Shown: one piece after another, positions 1 through 9,740 of the stretch
How positions within the stretch are numbered: position 1 is the first letter of the stretch
How the letters are laid out: each line of letters opens with the position of its first letter
Source: an uncultured bacterium
GTDB taxonomy: Bacteria > Armatimonadota > UBA5829
Direction of reading: 5' to 3'
Length of the DNA: 64,000 bases
Assembly (NCBI GenBank): GCA_963823885.1
Contig: CAWGNL010000060.1
Location: forward strand, 576-64,575
Notes under the pieces: model-generated
The model's database searches: none
Told to the model about the DNA's origin: nothing
The model's input: only the letters and a program-made list of their open reading frames with translations
Translations under genes and position numbers: made by a program

Positions 1-2485
1 GTGGGTTTCTTTCCAATCTAACGGCGACAGCGTCGCCGTCACTTGCTCCTCCTAAGAAACTCCCCAGTTTCGGGAACAAGATTCCCGAAACACCGGGGGT
101 GGGTTTCTTTCCAATGTAATGGCGACAGCGTCGCCGTCACTTGCTCCTAAGAAACTCCCCAGTTTCGGGAACAAGATTCCCGAAACACCGGGGGTGGGTT
201 TCTTTCCAATGTAACGGCGGCAACGCCGAGGTCACTTGCTCCTCCTAAGAAACTCCCCAGTTTCGGGAACAAGATTCCCGAAACACCGGGGGTGGGTTTC
301 TTTCCAATGTAATGGCGACAGCGTCGCCGTCACTTGCTCCTCCTAAGAAACTCCCCAGTTTCGGGAACAAGATTCCCGAAACACCGGGGGTGGGTTTCTT
401 TCCAATGTAATGGCGACAGCGTCGCCGTCACTTGCTCCTCCTAAGAAACTCCCCAGTTTCGGGAACAAGATTCCCGAAACACCGGGGGTGGGTTTCTTTC
501 CAATGTAATGGCGACAGCGTCGCCGTCACTTGCTCCTCCTAAGAAACTCCCCAGTTTCGGGAACAAGATTCCCGAAACACCGGGGGTGGGTTTCTTTCCA
601 ATGTAACGGCGGCAACGCCGAGGTCACTTGCTCCTCCTAAGAAACTCCCCAGTTTCGGGAACAAGATTCCCGAAACACCGGGGGTGGGTTTCTTTCCAAT
701 CTAACGGCGACAGCGTCGCCGTCACTTGCTCCTAAGAAACTCCCCAGTTTCGGGAACAAGATTCCCGAAACACCGGGGGTGGGTTTCTTTCCAATGTAAT
801 GGCGACAGCGTCGCCGTCACTTGCTCCTCCTAAGAAACTCCCCAGTTTCGGGAACAAGATTCCCGAAACACCGGGGGTGGGTTTCTTTCCAATGTAACGG
901 CGACAGCGTCGCCGTCACTTGCTCTTCCTAAGAAACTCCCCAGTTTCGGGAACAGGATTCCCGAAACACCGGGGGTGGGTTTCTTTCTAATGTAACCGCG
1001 GCAACGCCGAGGTCACTTGCTCCTAAGAAACTCCCCAGTTTCGGGAACAAGATTCCCGAAACACCGGGGGTGGGTTTCTTTCCAATCTAACGGCGACAAC
1101 GCCGAGGTCACTTGCTCCTCCTAAGAAGCTCCCCAGTTTCGGGAACAAGATTCCCGAAACACCGGGGGTGGGTTTCTTTCCAATGTAATGGCGACAGCGT
1201 CGCCGTCACTTGCTCCTCCTAAGAAACTCCCCAGTTTCGGGAACAAGATTCCCGAAACACCGGGGGTGGGTTTCTTTCCAATCTAACGGCGACAACGCCG
1301 AGGTCACTTGCTCCTCCTAAGAAGCTCCCCAGTTTCGGGAACAAGATTCCCGAAACACCGGGGGTGGGTTTCTTTCCAATGTAATGGCGACAACGCCGAG
1401 GTCACTTGCTCCTAAGAAGCTCCCCAGTTTCGGGAACAGGATTCCCGAAACACCGGGGGTGGGTTTCTTTCCAATGTAATGGCGACAGCGTCGCCGTCAC
1501 TTGCTCCTCCTAAGAAACTCCCCAGTTTCGGGAACAAGATTCCCGAAACACCGGGGGTGGGTTTCTTTCCAATGTAACGGCGGCAACGCCGAGGTCACTT
1601 GCTCCTAAGAAACTCCCCAGTTTCGGGAACAAGATTCCCGAAACACCGGGGGTGGGTTTCTTTCCAATCTAACGGCGACAGCGTCGCCGTCACTTGCTCC
1701 TCCTAAGAAACTCCCCAGTTTCGGGAACAAGATTCCCGAAACACCGGGGGTGGGTTTCTTTCCAATGTAATGGCGACAGCGTCGCCGTCACTTGCTCCTA
1801 AGAAACTCCCCAGTTTCGGGAACAAGATTCCCGAAACACCGGGGGTGGGTTTCTTTCCAATGTAACGGCGGCAACGCCGAGGTCACTTGCTCCTCCTAAG
1901 AAACTCCCCAGTTTCGGGAACAAGATTCCCGAAACACCGGGGGTGGGTTTCTTTCCAATGTAATGGCGACAGCGTCGCCGTCACTTGCTCCTCCTAAGAA
2001 ACTCCCCAGTTTCGGGAACAAGATTCCCGAAACACCGGGGGTGGGTTTCTTTCCAATGTAATGGCGACAGCGTCGCCGTCACTTGCTCCTCCTAAGAAAC
2101 TCCCCAGTTTCGGGAACAAGATTCCCGAAACACCGGGGGTGGGTTTCTTTCCAATGTAATGGCGACAGCGTCGCCGTCACTTGCTCCTCCTAAGAAACTC
2201 CCCAGTTTCGGGAACAAGATTCCCGAAACACCGGGGGTGGGTTTCTTTCCAATGTAACGGCGGCAACGCCGAGGTCACTTGCTCCTCCTAAGAAACTCCC
2301 CAGTTTCGGGAACAAGATTCCCGAAACACCGGGGGTGGGTTTCTTTCCAATCTAACGGCGACAGCGTCGCCGTCACTTGCTCCTAAGAAACTCCCCAGTT
2401 TCGGGAACAAGATTCCCGAAACACCGGGGGTGGGTTTCTTTCCAATGTAATGGCGACAGCGTCGCCGTCACTTGCTCGGAATGAC
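1..2485. repeat. Tandem array of 26 units (95 or 98 bp). Each unit is an extended REP-A hairpin plus a short GC hairpin. The array runs off the window start.
   Basis: Unit starts were read at 1, 99, 194, 292, 390 ... 1652 ... 2335, 2430. The core is GTTTCGGGAAcaagaTTCCCGAAAC (10-bp arms, 5-nt loop), nested in aagaaactcccc / ggggtgggtttctt. The second hairpin is, for example, GGCGACagcGTCGCC. There is no ORF of 60 aa or more in 1-2372. The array ends in cacttgctcggaatgacat. Confidence 0.95.
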
Positions 2486-2590
2486 ATGATTTACGACGGC
2501 TGTGGCAGAACCAGCACCGCGCCTCACTGTGGGATGGTAGTGAACTCCATTCAGCATCCACGGCACGAGCAAATGGATTCTGAAACAAGT

Positions 2591-3769
2591 TCAGAATGAC
2601 GTGGTAGTCATGGAAGAGTGAGCACTTACAATCATGCGCGCGATGTTGGAGCCGGGTTCCAGCCCGCAAACGGACTCAAGCACGGCTTCGATCCCCTGGC
2701 CCCTGAGCATCGAGTGGAGCTTCACGGCGGCTTCGTCCTCGGGGTTATCATAAGCGAGGGCGGCGGCGGTCGCGCGGCATGTGTTCACCGGGTCTATCCC
2801 GTACTCCATCGCCAGCTTCACTGAGCCGATCAGCCTGTCGTGTGGGCCGAGCTTGCGCAGCGGATCGCGTCCAACCCTGGCAACGGTGTCGCCGAGACCT
2901 TTGTTCGAAAAGCGATGCAGCAAATCGTCGATATGGTCCTGGTGCTGCTCCGGGCTGAAGCCATGCTTGGCGATCAACGCCTGCCCGGTCTCGCCGAGCG
3001 CGCCTAGAACTACCTCGAACACTTGCGTATCGGCCACCGCCTGATAGATATACTCGTGACCTCGCCGGTAACCAAGATACGCACATGCCGCGTGCCCCAG
3101 ATTATGTGTAAAAAGCTTGCGCTCGACGTAAGCGTCGAAGTTGTCGCGGGGTTCGAAGCCGACAATCTCCGGCGGCGGCCCCACAAATCCTCGCCGGGCA
3201 ACCGGGAGCCTCTTATACGCTTCCACGTAGACCGAAAGTGGATCGATTCGCCGCTGATCCTTGGTCATAACGGGGACCATACGGCTCACCACCGATTCCA
3301 CAAGGCCGACGTGCGTATCGAAATACTCGGTGTGCTCGGGGGGCAGGTGGTCCAGTATATAGCCCCGCAGAATCCGGGACGCGTCGAGCAGGTTCTCGCA
3401 GATTATGACGTTGAGCGGCTCGGCTACGTGGGCCTCGGCGCGAAGCCGGATACCCCCGGCGATGGCGGGAGCGACATGCCGCAGCGCGTTGACCCCGACC
3501 GCCGTACACACGATCGACGAATCCATAATCTCGCGGGCGACGGCATCGACATTCCTGCCGTCCACCGCCCTGATCTTGTCGATGTGAACGGTAAAGGTCT
3601 CGTCGCCGACAATGTGAATCGGATAGGAGCCGCGGTTATTTATGAGTTTGATGGTTTCTTCCACTACATCCACGAACACCACCTCATACCCGGACTCGTG
3701 GAAGAGTTGGGCAGTGAAGCCGCGTCCAATATTGCCGGCCCCAAATTGCACTGCTTTCAACATACACAC
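2591..3769 (-). CDS. mtlD: Mannitol-1-phosphate 5-dehydrogenase
   Basis: Intact 392-aa ORF. The N-terminus MLKAVQFGAGNIGRGF... is the MtlD Rossmann motif (compare E. coli MKALHFGAGNIGRGF), and the length is typical. The likely start is the ATG at 3763. Confidence 0.9.
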   Translation of the reverse strand: MCMLKAVQFGAGNIGRGFTAQLFHESGYEVVFVDVVEETIKLINNRGSYPIHIVGDETFTVHIDKIRAVDGRNVDAVAREIMDSSIVCTAVGVNALRHVAPAIAGGIRLRAEAHVAEPLNVIICENLLDASRILRGYILDHLPPEHTEYFDTHVGLVESVVSRMVPVMTKDQRRIDPLSVYVEAYKRLPVARRGFVGPPPEIVGFEPRDNFDAYVERKLFTHNLGHAACAYLGYRRGHEYIYQAVADTQVFEVVLGALGETGQALIAKHGFSPEQHQDHIDDLLHRFSNKGLGDTVARVGRDPLRKLGPHDRLIGSVKLAMEYGIDPVNTCRATAAALAYDNPEDEAAVKLHSMLRGQGIEAVLESVCGLEPGSNIARMIVSAHSSMTTTSF

Positions 3770-3791
3770 CTTCTCATTATTACAATGGTTA

Positions 3792-4145
3792 GTTTCGGGA
3801 TTTCCGGAGCGACTACGGCGTTTGTGCCATACTCGAACGGCCGTGCCCGCTCCTCAAATCCCGAAACACCGGCAAAAGAAACTCCCCAGTTTCGGGAACA
3901 AGATTCCCGAAACACCGGGGGGTGGGTTTCTTTCCAATGTAACGGCGACAGCGTCGCCGTCACTTGCTCAGGATGACATAATAGTTGCGCTAGTGCCTGT
4001 TGCGTTAACCCAACTTCCGCGCTACTCCGAACAGAGTTTCTTAGGAGCGTGTAGCGAGGAATCTCAACGCTGCGCCTGGATTCTTGTTCCGGTGCGTGAG
4101 GCTCATCCGAGCTTCGAGATCCCTCACATTCGTTCGGAATGACAG
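3792..4145. repeat. Repeat cluster: REPIN-B (3792-3870), one array-type unit (REP-A plus GC hairpin, 3875-3978), and an inverted gtcattccgaacgaa-type arm (about 4030-4145)
   Basis: Sequence identity to the other family members listed here. It fills the whole mtlD-DeoR intergenic space. Confidence 0.85.
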
Positions 4146-4269
4146 CCATGCGCTGGATACTACATGATTCCTCGTGAGCACTTACGAAACGTGGCTTGGC
4201 AGCCGTATCGGGAAAGGGGTTTCCCGATATGACGGGCAGGCGGTTTTCCCAACCTTTAACCTCAAACAT

Positions 4270-5116
4270 TTAACCCGCTATAAGTATCTCTACGCCCTGT
4301 GCTTCGATGTTCGCCCGATCATTCTGGGAAATGCCCGGGTCGGTCACCAGGATATGCACCTCTTCCCAGGCGCCGTAACGCGCGAAGGCCTTCTTACCGA
4401 ACTTCCGGCTCTCGGTCACCAGGACCACCTTATCAGCGATTTTCATGATATCCCTCTGGAAGTTCACGACGTGCATATCGAAGCAATAAATCCCTCCGAC
4501 GCTGTCCGCGCCGTCACAGCCGATGAACAGGGTGTCGACGTGCAGATTATGCAGGGTATCTTCGGTCAGCGGTCCGGTACAGGCTGGGGAAATCGCGTCT
4601 GAGAAACCCTCCCAGTAGAAGCACGGTCACCGGAGAGCCATAGAGCGCCTGCGCGGCGCACAGCGAAGTCGTCGCCACCGTGATATCGGCATTCTGAGGC
4701 AGATGGACCGCAACTTCCAGAGGTGTGGCGCCCGCGTCTATCATCACGGTCTGACCGGGACTGACGAGCCCGGCCGCCAGGCTGCCGATAGCCTCTTTCT
4801 CGGCGGAAATCCTGTAATGCGGAAATGCGCTGTGAAGAAAGCGAAGGCGACCGACCGCCACGGCCCCTCCGTGAGTGCGCGTGACAAGCCCCTGCTTCTC
4901 AAGGTCGGCCAAATCCCGGCGGATGGTCATGTCGGAGACTTCGAAACGGCTTGCCAGATGGCGCACGCCAATATCCTGGCCCTCCACCAGCAACTCAACG
5001 ACTACTCTCTGCCGCTCGTTCAACAGCTTCTCCTGTGTTCGGTTCGCACAACCACTATAACGCACGCGGACCAGCCTGTCAAGCTCGTGCAGCCGGTCTG
5101 AGCACGAATCATGCAT
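4270..5116 (-). CDS. DeoR-family transcriptional regulator (frameshifted)
   Basis: DeoR HTH (VRHLASRFEVSDMTIRRDLADLEKQGLVTRTHGGAV) followed by a sugar-binding-type C-domain. The last 68 aa (4270..4476) are in another frame, so there is a frame change near 4480-4600. The true start is probably downstream of 5116. Confidence 0.75.
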
Positions 5117-5359
5117 AAAGCAGCCCGGGGGCCTTGACCCTGGCCGGTGAATATGATATCATACGAACAGGTCAGCCGCCGAAGCGCACACACTCGCACG
5201 TTTTCAAATCAGGGGCTGGGGACTGGGGGCTAGGGAACCAGACGCCGGACCATCGTGCGCGGCGGTAGTTCCGGGCTTTCAGCTTTCCGCTATTTTTCGA
5301 ATGAATCAGGCATGAAGCCTCTGGCTTCACCACTATAGATAAAAAATAACCTCCGGAGA

Positions 5360-5437
5360 GTTTCGGGATTTCCGGAGCGAATACCACGTTTGTGCCCTAC
5401 ATAAACAATGGTTCGCTGCCTCAAATCCCGAAACACC
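5360..5437 (+). repeat. REPIN-B (GTTTCGGGATTTCCGGAGCGA ... GCTGCCTCAAATCCCGAAACACC) in the 5' leader of the E1 gene
   Basis: Long imperfect hairpin with the same arms as the copies flanking the RAYT. Confidence 0.9.
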
Positions 5438-5496
5438 GGGGGTGGCTGCCGTCCCTAACCGTTAAACCGACAACTATTTTCAGAGGAGTAACCAAA

Positions 5497-7737
5497 ATGC
5501 CAACCGCCGAAAAAACGATTTCCGCCCACAAAGACAAACTCAGCAAGGCGCAACTGGCGGATTTTCTACGCCAGATGTGCGAGATTCGATGCTTTGAAGA
5601 GAAAGTCGCCGAACTCCTCAAAGCGGGAATCATAAAGGGAGCCTCTCACCTTTATGCAGGCGAGGAGGCTGTTGCGGTAGGCGCCATTTCATCCATCACC
5701 GAAAGCGACGTCATCGCCAGCACCCACCGCGGACACGGTCACTGCGGGGCCATCGGCGACAAGCACGCTCATTCTCGCGAGGAAAAGCAAGGCCACTGGA
5801 ACAAGATGATGGCGGAGCTGATGGGCAAATCCACCGGCTACTGCAGGGGCCGCGGCGGTTCAATGCACATAGCCGACGTGCAAAAGGGCAACCTCGGCTC
5901 GACCGGTATTGTCGGCGGCAACATTCCAATAGGCACCGGAGCCGCGCTGGCCGAAAAGCTCAAAGGCGCCGGGAATGTGGTCCTGTGCTTCTTCGGAGAC
6001 GGCGCAAGCAACACCGGTTCGTTCCACGAGTCGCTCAACATGGGCGCGACGCTCTTGTGCGGGCTGCCGATAGTCTATATCTGCGAGAACAATCTCTACG
6101 GTATGTCGGTGCCGTTTTGCAGGAAATCCGTCGACGATGCGAGCCAGGCCTCGTGCGGGGAGAATGTAGCGGATCGGGCGAGCGGCTATTGCATGCCCGG
6201 CGAGGTGGTCGATGGGATGGATGTCTTCGCCGTCAGGAATGCGGTGGCCAAGGCAGTCGAGCGGGCCAGAAACGGTCTTGGCCCCACGCTGATCGAGGCA
6301 AAGACTTATCGCTGGTTCGGCCATTCCATAAGCGACCAAAAGATTTATCGCACGAAGGAAGAGGAAGCAGCCTGGAAAGAGCGCTGCCCGATAACCGTGC
6401 TTCGCGGCAAGCTCCTCAAAGAAGGCGTTATGAAGGTCGAGGAGATGGACAAGATTCAAGAGGCGGCCGCCCGGACAATCGAGACAGCCACCAAGTTCGC
6501 GATGGACAGCCCCTACCCCGACGCGAGCGAACTCTTCGACGATGTTTACGTTCCCGTCGACCAAGAGGCACTCAAGACCGAAAAAGCCGTCGAGAGCCGC
6601 CTCAGGGCGGTGATCCGGCCCATGGAGGACGAAATCCGGGGCTTTGTGCGCGAGCAGTCCGGCGGAGCGGCGAAAGGCGCCCTTCCTAAGCTCAATAAAG
6701 CGGCGCAAGACCAGTTCGCGGGCAAGCACGGAACGAGAATCCTCACATACGGGCAGGCAATTGTCCAGGCCCAGCGCGAGGAGATGCTCAGGGACGAGCG
6801 GGTAGTGATCCTCGGCGAGGATGTCGGGCTGTATGGCGGAGCTGTACGCGGCGACGAAGGGTCTTCTCCAGGAGTTCGGCCCGAACCGCGTTATCGACAC
6901 CGCCATTTCCGAAGCCGCCATCGCCGGGGCCGCCGCCGGGGCCGCAATGAGGGGTCTGCGCCCGATTCCCGAAGATCATGTACACAGATTTTGCCACCAT
7001 AGCATCGGACCAGATCGTGCACAACATGGCCTACAATCGCTACATGTTCCGGCGGCAAGACACGGGTCCCGTGCGTTCTCCGCACCGAAGGCGGAGTCGG
7101 ACGAAGCATCGCCGCGCACCACTCCGAGAGCCTCGAGTCGTGGTTTGTCCACATTCCCGGACTTTACGTGGTAATGCCATCCACTCCTTACGATGCCAAG
7201 GGCCTGCTTAAAGCCGCGATCAGGAACGATAACCCGGTCATCTTCGTCGAGCATAAGGTCCTTTACAGCGGCGTGATGGGGCCGGTGCCGGAAGAGGACT
7301 ATGTAATTCCGCTGGGCGTGGCGGATGTGAAGAAGACCGGGACGGACGTGACCATCGTCGCCTACTCCCGGCTGCTGCATCTGGCAATGGACGCGGCGCT
7401 GGAACTCGAGAAGCAGGGCATCAGCGCGGAGGTCATCGATCCGCGGACTCTCGCCCCCCTGGACGCGAGAACCATCGCCGAGTCGGTGCGCAAGACCGGC
7501 AGGCTGGTCAGCATTTCGGAAGGCTTCACGCGCTGCGGCATGGCAGGCGAGATTGTCCGCCAGACGACCGAGTAGACATTCGAAGACGGGCGATTGTGCT
7601 TCGATTACCTCGATGCTCCGCCGGTGGTTCTCGCGGCAAAGGACGTTCCGATCCCGATGAGCGAGCCGCTGGAAGACGCCTGCGTCCCCAGCAGAGACGA
7701 GATCGTGGACCGGGTCAAGTCGCTCTTTGCGGGATAG
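5497..7737 (+). CDS. Fused E1 alpha/beta subunit of a pyruvate/acetoin-type 2-oxoacid dehydrogenase (multiple frame disruptions)
   Basis: ATG at 5497 with RBS agaggag. The alpha part has TPP-enzyme motifs ([15 protein letters not shown]). A linker follows, then the beta part ([37 protein letters not shown]). The frame changes near 6840, 6975 and 7060-7170, and there is an in-frame TAG at 7573-7575. The same frame then continues to TAG at 7735-7737. Confidence 0.85.
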
Positions 7738-7773
7738 AGCCAAGGGGTCGAAGGTTCGGAAGGCTGAAAGTTC

Positions 7774-8522
7774 GGTGTTTCGGGATTTGAGAAGCGAGCA
7801 CAATCGTTCGAATAGGGTGCAGACATCTCAGTCGCTTCGGAAATCCCGAAACGAAACGGCTTTACGCTACAGGATCAAAGGCTCCAAGTCTAGTCCGACC
7901 GGTTCCCCGCGTTCATAAAACCGCCAACTCGAATGCTCCCAGTCTCCGGGAAGTTTCAACCAGTTTCCGCCTAACGGAATTGGCGTGGATGTAGTCGATC
8001 TTGGCATAAAGCTTCGGCTCGCTCCATACCGCGAGTGCGCGCACTTGCTCCTTCCACACGGCGTATTTGCAGCCACCGTTAGCGTGTGCGTCGAGGATTC
8101 CGAGCGTCTCAGTGTTGGCCTGTTTCTCCAGAAGCGCCGGGATGTGCCTGCCCGAGCGACCTCGCCACAGTTTGTTGAACTTGTGCGGCAGGCCGCTTTC
8201 GGGCAGATTTGCCAGCAGATGCAGGTGCTCGGGCATTATCACGAAGGCCGTGATCGACGCGCCGCAAACCCGCGCCGCTTCGGCGATATCGTCGTACACC
8301 ATCTGCCGGATATCCGGCCTGCTCAGCAGCGGCAGCCATTCGGTGATGGTCCCAGTGATGTAATAATACCCCGGCCCGATGTCGATGTTCTTCCATTTCA
8401 TCGTATGGCTCGGCCTCGTGTTCCCTGCGCGTTACGCGGCCTCGTTTCGGGATTTCCGGAGCGGACGGTAAATGCGCGTCCTCATCGTCACGCTGTGGCC
8501 GCTCCTCAAATCCCGAAACACC
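7774..8522 (-). mobile_element. RAYT locus: REP-associated tyrosine transposase gene bracketed by two inverted REPIN-B copies
   Basis: REPIN-B in reverse orientation at 7774-7862 and in forward orientation at 8444-8522, with the Y1 transposase ORF between them. This is the classical RAYT/REPIN arrangement. Confidence 0.85.
7913..8401 (-). CDS. REP-associated tyrosine transposase (RAYT; IS200-like Y1 HUH transposase)
   Basis: 162-aa ORF with HUH motif (MPEHLHLL) and C-terminal catalytic Tyr motif (IDYIHANSVRRKLV), as in the Y1_Tnp family. Confidence 0.85.
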   Translation of the reverse strand: MKWKNIDIGPGYYYITGTITEWLPLLSRPDIRQMVYDDIAEAARVCGASITAFVIMPEHLHLLANLPESGLPHKFNKLWRGRSGRHIPALLEKQANTETLGILDAHANGGCKYAVWKEQVRALAVWSEPKLYAKIDYIHANSVRRKLVETSRRLGAFELAVL

Positions 8523-8615
8523 GGACACAACGCTATCGGAAAAACCAGCCCGAGAAAAGCAAATGCTTGCAAATGCTGCTAACGCGATAAGTTGTCTAGT
8601 CTTGCACAATTCACA

Positions 8616-9703
8616 TTACCTTCTCTCACAGGGGGGGCGACTCTGTTGTCGTATCCGGTCGCGACCGTGTTTCGGCGATGGCAAAACCGCGGCCATAATG
8701 GAATGATCGCTGATAAGCGTGTGCTTGCCGGTGTCTAGATTGACTGCCCAAAGGCTGCGTCCGACAGGGACAATGCCGGCGGGCTTAACGTGACTGGGGT
8801 CGTGAGCTAGGACAACCGCCGTCTTCCCGTCAGAGGTTAGGCCGTAGATGCCCGCCACATTATCAAGGTCAGCCAGGAGGACACGACGCACGTCGCCAGT
8901 TGCCGGTTCGATGGCGTAGATCGCCTGCTCGCTGGCTCCGGGTAGCACCATGCACGCTGTACAGTCTGCCGCGCGACTTCGAGTATGCCATCGAGTCTAT
9001 GCTTTTGTATTTCACCCACGGCTTGACGGTGAGCTTCGCAGTGTCGACCAGGAGCAAGGACGACGCTCCCGCCAACACCAGGCGGCCATTGTCAAGCCAC
9101 ACCGGCGCGCCCGCGGCGTATTCGATTCCGGTTTCGAAAGAAGAACGTCTTTGCCCCCGGGAAACGAACCAACTGAAGCCAATTGTCACCTTCCACGGCT
9201 AGCACGTCTCCGGCGGGAGAGTACCGGGCGTAGTTGGCACCTCCCAGGTCCTTTGCGGGGGACGCGGCAATCAGCTTCCGACGCCCATCCAGCTTCGTCA
9301 GATATACGCCTAGGTGTGTACCCCCGGGATCGTTAATGCTTTTTGACACCAACAGGCCGTCGCCATTCGGCGCCCACTCCTTAAGAAAAGTCTCCTGTCC
9401 GAGCGGCAGTAACTGAATTGTGCGTCTCCGCCCGGTGTGAGACGTATCAAACAAGCCAATCCGAGCACCCTCCGGGATGAGCGCTGCTGTAACCCATTGT
9501 CCGTCCGGAGACGGAACCAAATAGGAATCCGCGACATTGTGTCCGTAGAGCGGCTGGGGTTTTTGCATCGGAGCAATGTTGCGTCTCCACAGCGAGTAGC
9601 TTGGGTATCCCTCGACGAAGACGATGCCGTCGGATAAACTTGCGGCAGGGGGGCAGATGCAAGCCAACACTAGCAATAGAATGAATTGTTTTTGTCTACT
9701 CAA
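8616..9703 (-). CDS. Secreted PD40/TolB-like beta-propeller repeat protein (two frameshifts)
   Basis: Signal peptide MSRQKQFILLLVLACICPPAAS. Repeated SPDG / APNGDG / SPAGD / TSDGK propeller motifs. Three overlapping ORF pieces: 9092..9703, 8869..9189 and 8616..8951. Confidence 0.55.
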
Positions 9704-9740
9704 TCTATGAACCTCACATTCCTAAACACTGGCCATTTCC

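Noticed and set aside
1-2485. CRISPR array (regularly spaced palindromic repeat)
   Set aside because: The sequence between the hairpins is itself invariant, so there are no unique spacers. The periodicity is that of a whole 95/98-bp unit, and no cas genes are present.
3023-3976. Long antisense ORFs opposite real genes (for example 3023..3976, 5860..6921, 6976..7803, 11294..12118, 16716..17783, 31925..32665, 33939..34835, 53599..54516, 60957..62283)
   Set aside because: These are typical high-GC shadow ORFs. They are Arg/Pro/Gly/His-rich with no recognisable domains, and each lies opposite an ORF with clear homology-type motifs.
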